A stretch of 64,000 nt of DNA from an uncultured delta proteobacterium (GTDB taxonomy: Bacteria > Desulfobacterota > Desulfobacteria > Desulfobacterales > UBA11574). Made by a program: the position numbers and the translations under genes. Positions within the stretch are counted from its first letter, which is position 1, and the number at the start of each line of letters is the position of its first letter. The stretch is from the NCBI GenBank assembly GCA_963778575.1, contig CAVZUV010000003.1, positions 17,903-81,902 on the forward strand, written 5' to 3'. Below are positions 17,081 through 27,022 of the stretch, in pieces. The notes under the pieces were generated by a model that ran no database searches, was not told the origin of the DNA, and saw only the letters and a list, made by a program, of their open reading frames with translations.

Positions 17081-18946
17081 TTACACTCCATATTCGAGGT
17101 ATTCTCGTTTTTTTTCAAACTCAGCCTTTTTTTCTTCAAGGCTGGCCGTGGATTGCTCAAGTTCATCAAAGAGGGTATCGATGGCCGATTGGCAGCGATG
17201 GATGGATCGAGAGAGATCGCCGATCTTCTCACCATCGCCGGCCTGTGAAGCCGCCAGCATATCCGCATTGAGTTCGTTGAGCTCTTTTTCATATTTTTCG
17301 ATCCGATTTTCAATACTTAAAATTCGTTGCTCCAAGGGTTTGAGGATCTTGGATCGTTCGGCAATAAATGTGGAACGTATCCGTCTTTTTTCTTTTTTGG
17401 TCAACTTAACCGGCGATTCACCGTTATCCATTTTTTCGGAAAAGGATTTTAAAGCGTCTGTTTCGTCCGCCCATCCGCCTTTTTCCAGAAACCGCTGATA
17501 CCCCCCCTCGAACACATGGATACCGTGATTCTGAAATACGATGAGACGCTCGGCAAGCGCGTGCAAAAACATTTCGTTATGCGTCACCATGATGACTGTG
17601 CCGTCAAAATTGTCGATGGCGGCAAGCATTGCATCGCATGATTCCATGTCGAGGTGATTGGTGGGTTCATCGAGAAGCAAAAGATTTACCGGAGTGACGA
17701 GAAGTTTTCCAAGAATCACCCGGCTTTTTTCTCCACCCGAAAGAACAGCGATTTTTTTCAAAGCAGCATCACCTTCAAACATCATTGCGCCACAGATAGT
17801 CCTTGCCTGCTGGCGGTCGACATCCGGGTGTGAGAAGAGGATTTCTTCTTCAACGGTTCTCGATCCATCCAGATTCATGACATTGCTCTGTTCAAAATAT
17901 CCTTGTTTAACGGAGGGATTCAGTGAGATGTCGCCGCTGTGGGGTTTAAGTGCCCCGGACATCAGCTTTAAAAGTGTTGTTTTGCCTTTACCGTTTTTCC
18001 CGACCACACAGATCCGTTCCCCGGCCTTTGCCGAAAAGTTGAGATCTCTGATCAACGGTTTTTCGGGCTCGTACGAATAGGAGAGGTGTCCAATCTTCAT
18101 AACATCTTTTTTAGGATACGGGGCGCTTCGAAAAGAAAAATCAAGGTCCTTGATCCGCTCCAATTTATCTTTTTTTTCCATTTTAGACAGAGTCTTGATC
18201 CGCGACTGAACCAAACCGGCCAGCCTTGCCTTGGCCCTGAACCTGTTGATAAACAGCTTTATCTCTTTTTTGCGCCGTTCGTCGTTGAGGCGGGTCTTTT
18301 CGTAAATCTCTTCGTCCTGGGCGATCTGCGCATAATATTTTTCAGTATTTCCGGTCAGTTTTCTGATCTTGTGGCGATGAATTCCGAGGGTGTGTGAAAT
18401 CACCTTATCCATAAAGCTTCTATCGTGGGTGATAAGCATCAGTTCGCGAGGCCAGCGGATCAGATAACGTTCTACCCATCGAATGGAAGTAATGTCCAGA
18501 TAATTGGTGGGCTCATCCAAAAGCAGCAGATCAGGTTCGGAGACGAGCACCTTTGCAAGGTTCAGTCGAACCTGAAAACCTCCTGAAAATTCTTCAGGAG
18601 GCCGGTTGAAGTCCTCTTTGGAGAACCCGAGTCCTGAAAGTATTTCTTCGACTTTCCATTGGCAGTCTTCCTGGTCTTCACGAAGCCCGGTCATTCCCTC
18701 TGCGAGCACGGTGTCTTTTGTGAACTCAATCTCCTGGCGAACATATCCGATACGGTAATGTTTGGGGATGACAATATCTCCCGAATCATAAGGTATTTGT
18801 CCGGTGATGAGTCGAAAAAGGGTGGTTTTCCCGTGTCCGTTTCGACCAACGACCCCGATCTTTTCTTTAGGGTTCAGTTTAAAACCAGCTTTGTCGAAGA
18901 GCACCTCCGCGCCGTAGCTTTTTGTTAAATTTTCAACGGTTATCAT
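17081..18946 (-). CDS. ABC-F family ATPase (two ABC domains, no TMD)
   Basis: Two Walker A motifs (GRNGHGKTT, GKNGKGKTT) and two signature motifs (FSGGFQ, LSGGEK), plus a C-terminal coiled-coil tail. The start is taken at MITVENLTKSYG (ATG 18946). Confidence 0.85.
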   Translation of the reverse strand: MITVENLTKSYGAEVLFDKAGFKLNPKEKIGVVGRNGHGKTTLFRLITGQIPYDSGDIVIPKHYRIGYVRQEIEFTKDTVLAEGMTGLREDQEDCQWKVEEILSGLGFSKEDFNRPPEEFSGGFQVRLNLAKVLVSEPDLLLLDEPTNYLDITSIRWVERYLIRWPRELMLITHDRSFMDKVISHTLGIHRHKIRKLTGNTEKYYAQIAQDEEIYEKTRLNDERRKKEIKLFINRFRAKARLAGLVQSRIKTLSKMEKKDKLERIKDLDFSFRSAPYPKKDVMKIGHLSYSYEPEKPLIRDLNFSAKAGERICVVGKNGKGKTTLLKLMSGALKPHSGDISLNPSVKQGYFEQSNVMNLDGSRTVEEEILFSHPDVDRQQARTICGAMMFEGDAALKKIAVLSGGEKSRVILGKLLVTPVNLLLLDEPTNHLDMESCDAMLAAIDNFDGTVIMVTHNEMFLHALAERLIVFQNHGIHVFEGGYQRFLEKGGWADETDALKSFSEKMDNGESPVKLTKKEKRRIRSTFIAERSKILKPLEQRILSIENRIEKYEKELNELNADMLAASQAGDGEKIGDLSRSIHRCQSAIDTLFDELEQSTASLEEKKAEFEKKREYLEYGV

Positions 18947-19231
18947 ATGTTGGTTACTGCTTGCCGTCCAGTACTTTGCGAATCGTGTCCGCAATGTAAT
19001 TTTTAAATAAAAGTTGCGAAATCTAAAACCTTATAAATAGTCATAATCGCTGCCGGAAGTCAACTCGATTTGCCGTTATTAATAAACGACAAAGCACGTC
19101 TGTTTCGAGTTATATTGTATAACCCACTATAATCTCTTGACAAAAAAGGGGTAAGGGAATAGGTTGTCCACCATCCGCCGACCGATGGCAAATAACGCCG
19201 GCTCGAGTTTTGACTCGATCAAGGTATAAAT

Positions 19232-19918
19232 ATGTTAAAACGCTTATTGAACTTTAAGATAATACCTTTTATAGGACTTGTGACTGTTCGGATTATATCT
19301 GCCACCTACCGCATTAAAATGATCAACCCCGAGATCGAAAAAAATGTTTTCAAAAGAGGTCAGATTCCGATTTATGCTTCATGGCATCAGAGATTCTTTC
19401 CCGGAATTACTTTATTTGCACGCCGAAATCCGATTTCGATCATGATCAGCCGGAGTAGAGACGGCGAACTCATTTCAAGGATAGCTCATGTCCTGGGATG
19501 GTATCCGGTGAGAGGTTCATCATCAAAGGGCGGAAGTCAGGCATTGAGAAAAATAAAAAAACTGATCCAGAAAGGATACAAGGTCGGTCATATTGTCGAT
19601 GGCCCCAGAGGTCCCCATGGCATGGTTAAACCCGGCCTGCTTCTTATTGCCCAGGCCACAGGAATGCCGATTATCCCCGTCATTGTCTCTGCTGAAAAAA
19701 AATGGGTTTTTAAAAGTTGGGACAGGTTTATGGTTCCGAAACCATTTTCTCGCGTGATTATACGCTTTTGCAATGAAATATGCATTCCGAGAAAACTGTC
19801 TCCGTCTGATTTCGAGACCAAACGACTGCAGATTGAAAACACAATGAAAAAACATTATCGTGAAGCAGACGCCATCTGGTCGAATGCCGCGGAAGTCCGC
19901 CGATTGTTCAAAAGTTAA
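19232..19918 (+). CDS. DUF374 / lysophospholipid acyltransferase-like protein
   Basis: ASWHQRFF...ISRSRDGELISR...RGSSSKGG..AL...VDGPRGP matches the DUF374 pattern. Confidence 0.7.
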   Translation: MLKRLLNFKIIPFIGLVTVRIISATYRIKMINPEIEKNVFKRGQIPIYASWHQRFFPGITLFARRNPISIMISRSRDGELISRIAHVLGWYPVRGSSSKGGSQALRKIKKLIQKGYKVGHIVDGPRGPHGMVKPGLLLIAQATGMPIIPVIVSAEKKWVFKSWDRFMVPKPFSRVIIRFCNEICIPRKLSPSDFETKRLQIENTMKKHYREADAIWSNAAEVRRLFKS

Positions 19919-19936
19919 GGCCGAGCCAAAATATTT

Positions 19937-20005
19937 GCCACAAAGGCACTAAGACACAAGGGATATATTTATTGCTTCTTCTTGGTGGCTTTGTGCCTTT
20001 GTGGC
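19937..20005. repeat. Imperfect hairpin of CACAAAGG words between convergent genes
   Basis: The left arm is GCCACAAAGGCACTAAGACACAAG (19937..19960). The reverse complement of 19981..20005 is GCCACAAAGGCACAAAGCCACCAAG. The outer 13 bp pair perfectly. Confidence 0.65.
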
Positions 20006-20035
20006 AGAAGAAATGATTTCAATTTCTAATTTTGT

Positions 20036-20608
20036 TCAGTCTTGCTGAGATAATTCGTAATAATAGTTGCGGCTTCTGGATAGATAAGGGAAGTGGTAAA
20101 GTTCCTTAAGACTTAAGCATTCGGATTCCATAAAAGGGATTTCTTTATCCCGGAGGGATTTTGATCGAATGACTTTGGCTGTTATCTTTAAGCCCAAAAG
20201 ATGTGCGATTCGGTTGACTTCATCGACGAACCGCTCGTTGTTATGGCTGTTTTCGCCCATCCATCCGCCGGTCTGATGAATCCGTTGGTGGATCATCTCG
20301 TGTAAAAGAACATCACTGACCATTCGGGTGTTTAGACTGCGAAGTCCCCATTTGAGATCTGTGGTGGGATAGACCGGACGCATTAATGTCTTGTGTAAAA
20401 CGATCACATTTCCGATTCGATCATAGTATCCAAGACTACGGTCTTGAGGGGTCTCTTCCCAGACAATTGCGCCCACTATGTTTTTGCCGTGAAATAGAGC
20501 ATCATTTAGCCTTTTCCATTCATCATAGACCCATGCCCCAAAATCCCCGAACGCATCGGCTGCTTCAATTTTCAATTCCGCAAATGTCGGCATGTATAGG
20601 AGCCTCAA
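20036..20608 (-). CDS. Hypothetical protein with an HExxH zinc-metallopeptidase motif (SprT-like?)
   Basis: 190 aa. LLHEMIHQRIH is the only recognisable motif. Confidence 0.45.
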   Translation of the reverse strand: MRLLYMPTFAELKIEAADAFGDFGAWVYDEWKRLNDALFHGKNIVGAIVWEETPQDRSLGYYDRIGNVIVLHKTLMRPVYPTTDLKWGLRSLNTRMVSDVLLHEMIHQRIHQTGGWMGENSHNNERFVDEVNRIAHLLGLKITAKVIRSKSLRDKEIPFMESECLSLKELYHFPYLSRSRNYYYELSQQD

Positions 20609-20633
20609 TTAAGCGCTAACGCTCAATTGAAAG

Positions 20634-22565
20634 TTACTGTTGTTCTATTCGCAATTTTTGTCCCGGATATATTGTGCTGTCGGGCGTTAAGGCGTTGATG
20701 CGCAGAAATCGATTAAGGCGCATTTTGTGGCCTTGCGCGATGTCGAAGAGACTATCGCCTCTCTTGACCACATAGGTCTTAAGATCTTTCGAACTCAGAT
20801 CTTCATCCGGGTCATCGGAAATCTTTAACACCTGTCCGATATGAAGTCTCGTTGTTGACAAGTTGTTTAATTCCTGGATTTTTTTGGTGGTCGTGCCGTA
20901 TCGCTTGGCAATAATCCATAGTGAATCACCGCTGTGTACAACATGCCTCGAAGGAAGATTCGTATTGGTTTTATCGTTCGTCGGCGGCGTGTATGAAGTC
21001 ATCCGCCCCAGCGGTATTTTGAGTTTTCTGCCTGCAACGATATAGCTCGATCTACGCATGTTGTTTGCCCACATTATTTTCCTTACGCTGGAATGATATC
21101 GCCTGGCAATGGTTGAAAGGCTTTCACCTTGTCTGATGCGATGATAGACATAAGCCGGTCGGGGTGGATATGATATTGGCATGTCATCCAAACTTGCAAG
21201 GAGGATGTCGGCTTTGCCCTTAGGAATCCTGAGCGAGTAATTTTCATGAGGCAGTATTTTGTAACGAAGTTCAGGATTTAGTTCATAAAGCATTTGTTCG
21301 GGCACCCCGATGGCTTTTGCAATATTTTTAAGATGAATCTGTTTTGAAACCATTACATTTTCATATTGCAGCGGTTCATCAACAGATACGGCGTCGAGCC
21401 CGTATTCCTTTGGATGGTTGATGATATATAGCGCCGCCATAAAACGGGGAACGTATCTGGCGGTTTCTTGGGGAAGGCGTTCATAAAGATCCCAGAAGTT
21501 ATCAAGATAATTGATATTCTGCGTCCGTATGACTTTAAGCACCTGGCCTTCCCCACAGTTGTAGGCAGCCAAAACAGTCGACCAGTCACCGAAAATTTGA
21601 TGAAGTTCTTTCAGATAGGCGATAGCCGCTTTGGTTGATTTAATCGGGTCGATTCTTTCATCAATATATGTGTCTCGGTTAAGACCGAATTTATATCCGG
21701 TTGACGGGATGAATTGCCACAGGCCAAGAGCCCTGGCTTTTGAAAGTGCGTTGACTTTGAATCCGCTTTCGATTAATGGAAGCCACGATAATTCAACCGG
21801 GATGCCGGCGGCCTTTAGCATTGGAACAATCAGCGGGCGATACTTTCCGGATCGCTGGTATGCTTGGATAAAAAATTTTTTTTCGCCATATTTGCTAAAG
21901 TTGTTAATCTCGGCTTGTACGTGCTTATTCATTACCAAAGGGATGGCATTGTGATTTCCCTTAACCACAATATGTCGTGAAGCGTAAATTTCAAGGATGC
22001 GTTTTGAAATCGTAAAACGCAGATCTTCTTTTTGTTGGATGAGCTTAGCGTTGTCGTCGACATCGATTTTAAGGATTAAAGCATATGCATGATCCAGAGC
22101 ATCGAGGGCGTTTTCAAGCTCTCCTTTTTGCCAAAAATCCTGGGATTCTTGGCAAAAATCAAGGGCTTCATCAAGAATAGATTGTGTTGTTGGCTTGTGA
22201 GAGGATGTCTCTGACGCTTGATTTTTGCTATTTGAGCGAGAGTCGGTGTCTGAATCGCTCTTTTTGCTTTCTGAAGAAACGGAATCTCTTATGGATCGGC
22301 TTTGATCTACATTGCCGTTTTTTTCATTTGAAGCTGAAACATTAGATGTGCTTGATGGGGCTGTTTCATCATTTTTATTTTGGGATAAGCCATTTTGGGT
22401 TTTATCTTCGATGTCGTTGGATCTTTTTGTAAGATCCGGCGAACTTTCATGTTCCGAAAATATGGCTTGTTCCCGTGAAACAGGGTCGTTATGAATGTTC
22501 TGAACACAGCCGCAAAAGAAAACTAACAGGATGACCGGCAAAAAAACACTTCGTGGCTTTATCAA
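20634..22565 (-). CDS. Lytic murein transglycosylase D-like lipoprotein (SLT domain plus 3 LysM)
   Basis: Has a lipobox-like VFFCGC. The SLT core is LPLIESGFKVNALSKARALGLWQFIPSTG. Three C-terminal LysM repeats are present (YHRIRQGESLSTIARRY, HVVHSGDSLWIIAKRY, YVVKRGDSLFDIAQ). Confidence 0.85.
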   Translation of the reverse strand: MIKPRSVFLPVILLVFFCGCVQNIHNDPVSREQAIFSEHESSPDLTKRSNDIEDKTQNGLSQNKNDETAPSSTSNVSASNEKNGNVDQSRSIRDSVSSESKKSDSDTDSRSNSKNQASETSSHKPTTQSILDEALDFCQESQDFWQKGELENALDALDHAYALILKIDVDDNAKLIQQKEDLRFTISKRILEIYASRHIVVKGNHNAIPLVMNKHVQAEINNFSKYGEKKFFIQAYQRSGKYRPLIVPMLKAAGIPVELSWLPLIESGFKVNALSKARALGLWQFIPSTGYKFGLNRDTYIDERIDPIKSTKAAIAYLKELHQIFGDWSTVLAAYNCGEGQVLKVIRTQNINYLDNFWDLYERLPQETARYVPRFMAALYIINHPKEYGLDAVSVDEPLQYENVMVSKQIHLKNIAKAIGVPEQMLYELNPELRYKILPHENYSLRIPKGKADILLASLDDMPISYPPRPAYVYHRIRQGESLSTIARRYHSSVRKIMWANNMRRSSYIVAGRKLKIPLGRMTSYTPPTNDKTNTNLPSRHVVHSGDSLWIIAKRYGTTTKKIQELNNLSTTRLHIGQVLKISDDPDEDLSSKDLKTYVVKRGDSLFDIAQGHKMRLNRFLRINALTPDSTIYPGQKLRIEQQ

Positions 22566-23232
22566 ATCAGGCTCCTCAATGGGTTTTAGAAAATGACATT
22601 TGGGTATGTTTCATCAATGTAAATGGTTTGATGTTCGATTACACAAAATTCGGCGATCTTGTCAAGGCTTTATCGTGTTGAATTAGTGATAATAGCGTTG
22701 TTTGCGAAAATATAGAGCAATCACTTCACGTTCGTGAAAAAAAAGTTAAGATATTAATGATTTTTTTCTTGCTTTTATGATGTTACAGGCTTTTATTGGA
22801 ACAAGAAGCAAATAATATGCCAAGATGAAACAATTCTGAAAAGCGCAGACAAACCGTGCCATAAATGAATATATATACAGAATGTTAACAGATTACTATA
22901 AAAATATCAGAGACCATCCTCAAATATTTACGTCAATTTTTAATCACGTATGGCAAAAATTGGTCAATATTTTATATCCGTAGAAAAAAATAGAAAAAAG
23001 GAGATAAATTAGGTTATTTTAAGTTAAAATGATTGTTTTATCGTATAAATCAGGATTATCCTTGATATCGATCAAATTCAGAGGTTGATAACTGTTAAAG
23101 ATATTAGTAAAAGAAATAGTTTTATGGGAAGGGCAAAATATTGATCACTGATGATCAAATTAGAATCGCAAAAAGGCATACATTTATATAAAAATTACGA
23201 TTAGGCTAAAAATTTCAGGTTAAGAATGTGTT

Positions 23233-23308
23233 GCCAGAGTAGCTCAGTTGGTAGAGCGCCTCACTTGTAATGAGGATGTCGCGGGTTCAACTCCTGTCTC
23301 TGGCTCCA
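23233..23308 (+). tRNA. tRNA-Thr (anticodon UGU), CCA encoded
   Basis: Hand-folded cloverleaf: acceptor GCCAGAG/CTCTGGC, anticodon arm CCTCA-CTTGTAA-TGAGG, T-loop TTCAACT. Confidence 0.85.
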
Positions 23309-23327
23309 TATATGAAAATGTCTTTCA

Positions 23328-23412
23328 GGTGGGGTTCCCGAGTGGTCAAAGGGAACAGACTGTAAATCTGTCGGCGAAGCCTTCGGAGGTTCAAATCCTC
23401 CCCCCACCACCA
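23328..23412 (+). tRNA. tRNA-Tyr (GUA), class II long variable arm, CCA encoded
   Basis: Acceptor GGTGGGG/CCCCACC, anticodon arm ACAGA-CTGTAAA-TCTGT, T arm GGAGG-TTCAAAT-CCTCC. Confidence 0.9.
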
Positions 23413-23575
23413 GCCCCAAGGTAAGTCGTATGTAGGAGATTTCAGTGTGGTATATTGAAATCGAGAGAGACTACATGGCTTCTTACGTAACACGTACTAC
23501 ACTTTTTTGAGGAAACTTATAAACATCATCATCTTAAAGAAGAAATATTTTTCAGGTTATTTTTAGGGCATATGA

Positions 23576-23651
23576 GCGGGAGTAGCTCAGTTGGTAGAGC
23601 TCTAGCCTTCCAAGCTGGATGTCGCGAGTTCGAGTCTCGTCTCCCGCTCCA
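23576..23651 (+). tRNA. tRNA-Gly (UCC), CCA encoded
   Basis: Acceptor GCGGGAG/CTCCCGC, anticodon arm CTAGC-CTTCCAA-GCTGG, T arm GCGAG-TTCGAGT-CTCGT. Confidence 0.9.
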
Positions 23652-23735
23652 CGTTGCGTATTAATAGCCTTAATTGGAATATAAAATATTGTGACCAGTT
23701 TTTTTTGCTCAATCAAGGAAGAACTATGAAAAAGT

Positions 23736-23812
23736 GCCCACGTAGCTCAGTAGGTAGAGCGCTTCCTTGGTAAGGAAGAGGTTCACCGGTTCAATTCCGG
23801 TCGTGGGCTCCA
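23736..23812 (+). tRNA. tRNA-Thr (GGU), CCA encoded
   Basis: Acceptor GCCCACG/CGTGGGC, anticodon arm CTTCC-TTGGTAA-GGAAG, T arm CCGGT-TCAATTC-CGG. Confidence 0.9.
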
Positions 23813-23906
23813 TTATTTAACGTAACAGGCCTGTACGGATAATCATAAAGGGCCTTCATTTGTGTAAAACCGAGCACCTTGCTAAAAATCAATTCCAACA
23901 AAGCAT

Positions 23907-25115
23907 GGGAGGGTTTCGAAGATGGGTAAGGAAAAATTTGAGCGGACCAAGCCGCATGTAAACGTGGGTACGATCGGTCATATCGATCACGGGAAGACGA
24001 CATTGACGGCGGCGATTACGAAGCATATGGGCCTGAAGGGGATGGCGAGTTATGTACCGTTTGATCAGATCGACAAGGCGCCGGAGGAGAAGGAGCGGGG
24101 GATAACCATAGCGACGGCGCATGTTGAGTATGAGACGGCGAATCGTCATTATGCGCATGTGGATTGTCCGGGTCATGCGGATTACATCAAGAACATGATT
24201 ACGGGAGCGGCCCAGATGGACGGGGCGATATTGGTGGTTGGCGCCGACGACGGTCCGATGCCCCAGACGCGGGAACACATATTGTTGGCGCGTCAGGTGG
24301 GGGTTCCTCAGATTGTAGTATTTTTAAACAAGTGTGACATGGTGGATGATGAAGAGCTGATAGAGCTTGTTGAGTTGGAGCTTCGGGAATTATTGGACAA
24401 GTATGAGTTTCCGGGGGATGACACGCCGATCATTCGTGGGAGTGCGTTAAAGGCGCTTGAGAGTGATGATGCGGACAGTGCGGAAGCGAAGTGTATATTT
24501 GAGTTATTGGAAGCGGTGGACACGTTTATACCGGAGCCCCAGCGGGATATCGACAAGCCGTTTTTGATGCCGATAGAGGATGTATTCAGCATATCGGGAC
24601 GAGGGACGGTGGTAACGGGTCGCGTTGATCGCGGGGTTATTCATGTCGGAGATGAGATAGAGGTAGTAGGGATACGTCCGACGATGAAGACGGTGTGTAC
24701 CGGGGTAGAGATGTTCAGGAAGCTTTTGGATGAAGGGCGAGCGGGAGACAACATCGGGGTATTGATGCGCGGGACGAAGCGAGACGAAGTTGAGCGTGGT
24801 CAGGTGGTGGCGCAGCCGAAGACGATAGAGCCGCACACGAAGTTCAAGGCGGAGGTATACATATTGAGCAAGGAAGAGGGAGGCCGTCACACGCCGTTTT
24901 TCAACGGGTATCGGCCGCAGTTTTATTTTCGGACGACGGATGTTACGGGGAATTTAACATTACCGGAAGGGGTAGAGATGGTGATGCCCGGTGACAATAT
25001 AACGATTACGGCAGAGTTGATAACGCCCATAGCGATGGAGAAGGAATTGCGGTTTGCCATCCGGGAAGGCGGCCGGACAGTGGGCGCCGGCGTGGTGAGC
25101 GATATTTTAGCGTAA
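23907..25115 (+). repeat. 1209-bp direct repeat, copy 1 (tuf plus 15 nt of RBS region)
   Basis: By-eye comparison shows identity with 38755..39963. The forward and three antisense ORF translations are identical between copies. Identity starts at GGGAGGGTTTCGAAG and ends at the stop codon. Confidence 0.9.
23922..25115 (+). CDS. tuf: Elongation factor Tu (copy downstream of the tRNA cluster, tufB-like position)
   Basis: 397 aa with [22 protein letters not shown] and SAL. The context thr-tyr-gly-thr tRNAs-tuf matches the E. coli tufB operon. Confidence 0.97.
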   Translation: MGKEKFERTKPHVNVGTIGHIDHGKTTLTAAITKHMGLKGMASYVPFDQIDKAPEEKERGITIATAHVEYETANRHYAHVDCPGHADYIKNMITGAAQMDGAILVVGADDGPMPQTREHILLARQVGVPQIVVFLNKCDMVDDEELIELVELELRELLDKYEFPGDDTPIIRGSALKALESDDADSAEAKCIFELLEAVDTFIPEPQRDIDKPFLMPIEDVFSISGRGTVVTGRVDRGVIHVGDEIEVVGIRPTMKTVCTGVEMFRKLLDEGRAGDNIGVLMRGTKRDEVERGQVVAQPKTIEPHTKFKAEVYILSKEEGGRHTPFFNGYRPQFYFRTTDVTGNLTLPEGVEMVMPGDNITITAELITPIAMEKELRFAIREGGRTVGAGVVSDILA

Positions 25116-25134
25116 CATCTGAAGGAGTTTTCTG

Positions 25135-25284
25135 GTGAGAATAATTATTACCCTTGCATGTAATGAATGCAAAAGAAGAAATTATACGACAACGAAAAAT
25201 AAACGTACAACACCGGACAAGTTGGAATTCAGCAAGTATTGCAGGTTTTGCAGAAGACATACGATGCATAAAGAGACCAAGTGA
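25135..25284 (+). CDS. rpmG: 50S ribosomal protein L33
   Basis: Own translation from GTG 25135: [49 protein letters not shown] (49 aa). It is below the ORF-track length cutoff. Confidence 0.9.
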   Translation: MRIIITLACNECKRRNYTTTKNKRTTPDKLEFSKYCRFCRRHTMHKETK

Positions 25285-25368
25285 ACAAAATCGTTTATAA
25301 CCTGAATTCTGTGAGATATGGTTCGTTTGGCTATAGCAAGATCGGATTCTTGAAGGGCCGAATTATGC

Positions 25369-25444
25369 AGGCCAGTAGCTCTAACGGTAGAGCATCGGAC
25401 TCCAAATCCGGGTGTTGGGGGTTCGAATCCCTCCTGGCCTGCCA
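25369..25444 (+). tRNA. tRNA-Trp (CCA anticodon)
   Basis: Acceptor AGGCCAG/CTGGCCT, anticodon arm TCGGA-CTCCAAA-TCCGG, T-loop TTCGAAT. Confidence 0.9.
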
Positions 25445-25468
25445 AAAATATAACTGAAAAAATTAATA

Positions 25469-25867
25469 ATGGCACGTTTACAGAGAAAAAAGAAACCAAG
25501 CGTAAAGAAAAAGAAAAAAGAGAATTCCCTGGAGAATTCATCGGTGCTATCAACAAATGATGCTGTTGAAAAAAAGGCCGAAGTATCTCCGAATTCCGCC
25601 AAAACCATTAATATAAAACCTTATTCATCCAGGCAGAAATCACTGGCGAAAACCAAAGCCGAGCCCGGGAAGTTTAAGGGATACATTGATAAAGGGCTTC
25701 AGTTTCTTAGAGAAGTTAAAATTGAACTAAAGAAGGTCGTGTGGCCGACACGAAAGCAAACGATCGGCTCCACTGTTGTCGTGCTTATTCTGACGATCAT
25801 CATAGCTCTTTTTCTCGGGATAATCGACATGGGGCTGTCAAGCATCGTACGAATGGTTCTTAAATAA
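25469..25867 (+). CDS. secE: Preprotein translocase SecE with a ~70-aa Lys-rich N-terminal extension
   Basis: The C-terminal LQFLREVKIELKKVVWPTRKQTIGSTVVVLILTIIIALFLGIID is the SecE TM core. The position before nusG supports the call. Confidence 0.85.
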   Translation: MARLQRKKKPSVKKKKKENSLENSSVLSTNDAVEKKAEVSPNSAKTINIKPYSSRQKSLAKTKAEPGKFKGYIDKGLQFLREVKIELKKVVWPTRKQTIGSTVVVLILTIIIALFLGIIDMGLSSIVRMVLK

Positions 25868-25885
25868 AGCAAGGAGAAGGAGAAA

Positions 25886-26416
25886 GTGTCGCTTAAATGG
25901 TATATCGTCCATGTTTATTCCGGGTTCGAAAGCAAAGTGAAGACAGCCTTGGAAGAGCGTATAGCGTCTTCTTCTCATTCCGAAAAGTTTGGCGAAGTGG
26001 TCGTTCCAACAGAGGAAATCGTTGAGCTTGTGAAAGGAAAACGGAAAACATCTTCTCGGAAATTTTACCCGGGGTACATATTGGTCAGGATGAAACTCGA
26101 TGATGAAACGTGGCATATCGTAACGAATACCGCCAAAGTCACCGGGTTTCTGGGCGGGCGTGAGAAACCGACCCCCATATCTGATGAAGAGGCACAGAAA
26201 ATCTTAAATCGAATGGAAGCGGGGAAACTAAAACCGCAACCCAAATATTTCTTTGAAACCGGAGACGAAATTCGCGTAATAGACGGCCCTTTTAAAAACT
26301 TTAACGGCGTCGTTGACGAAGTCAACCCTGACAAGGGGAAAATACGAGTTCTGGTAAGTATATTCGGTCGTTCAACACCGGTGGAACTGGAATTCGTTCA
26401 GGTTACGAAACTTTGA
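25886..26416 (+). CDS. nusG: Transcription termination/antitermination factor NusG
   Basis: KWYIVHVYSGFE...FPGYILV... plus the KOW motif GDEIRVIDGPFKNFNGVV. GTG start. Confidence 0.95.
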   Translation: MSLKWYIVHVYSGFESKVKTALEERIASSSHSEKFGEVVVPTEEIVELVKGKRKTSSRKFYPGYILVRMKLDDETWHIVTNTAKVTGFLGGREKPTPISDEEAQKILNRMEAGKLKPQPKYFFETGDEIRVIDGPFKNFNGVVDEVNPDKGKIRVLVSIFGRSTPVELEFVQVTKL

Positions 26417-26579
26417 CACTCGTTGAGTGCAAACAAAAGCGAGATAAAATAACAGATTTCATTGCTCACTGATAATAATCGGGATATATCGAGATTAGGA
26501 TAAAGCGCGTAAAAGCCCTTGTGAAATGATCCGATCGGATTTCTACGGGGCAATCGGAAAGACAGGAGTAAAAAATAAA

Positions 26580-27002
26580 ATGGCAAAAAAGGTTATGGCA
26601 CAGATAAAACTGCAGGTTGCAGCCGGCCAGGCGAATCCGTCGCCGCCGATCGGTCCCGCGCTGGGACAGCACGGTGTAAATATAATGGATTTCTGTAAGG
26701 CGTTTAATGCCAGGACTGCTAATGATGATGGCATCATTACGCCCGTCGTGATTACCGTTTATCAGGACAGATCCTTTACTTTTATAACAAAGACACCGCC
26801 TGCATCTGTGCTTTTAAAGAAAGCAGCAAAAATTGCTAAGGGTGCCGGCGATCCAAAACGCGATAGAATCGGCAAGGTTACACGGCAGCAGCTTGAAGAG
26901 ATTGCCAAGCAGAAAATGGTAGATTTGAACGCGAATGATTTGGATGCGGCGTGTAGTATTATTGCCGGTACGGCTAAAAGTATGGGGATTGAAGTTGTTT
27001 AA
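26580..27002 (+). CDS. rplK: 50S ribosomal protein L11
   Basis: [43 protein letters not shown]. The ATG at 26580 lies inside the longer ORF 26526..27002. Confidence 0.95.
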   Translation: MAKKVMAQIKLQVAAGQANPSPPIGPALGQHGVNIMDFCKAFNARTANDDGIITPVVITVYQDRSFTFITKTPPASVLLKKAAKIAKGAGDPKRDRIGKVTRQQLEEIAKQKMVDLNANDLDAACSIIAGTAKSMGIEVV

Positions 27003-27022
27003 AAAGGAGTGGACATAAGATC

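Noticed and set aside
16854-17498. 214-aa Ser-rich plus-strand ORF
   Set aside because: It is antisense to the DUF166-like and ABC-F genes, and its composition is typical of a shadow ORF.
23889-24890. Long antisense ORFs (94-149 aa) inside both tuf copies
   Set aside because: They are explained by the C-poor sense strand, which leaves few stop codons in the antisense frames. They are duplicated only because tuf is duplicated.
26417-26579. L1-binding autoregulatory leader upstream of rplK
   Set aside because: It is plausible by position, but I could not identify the 23S-mimic motif by eye, so it is not reported as a feature.
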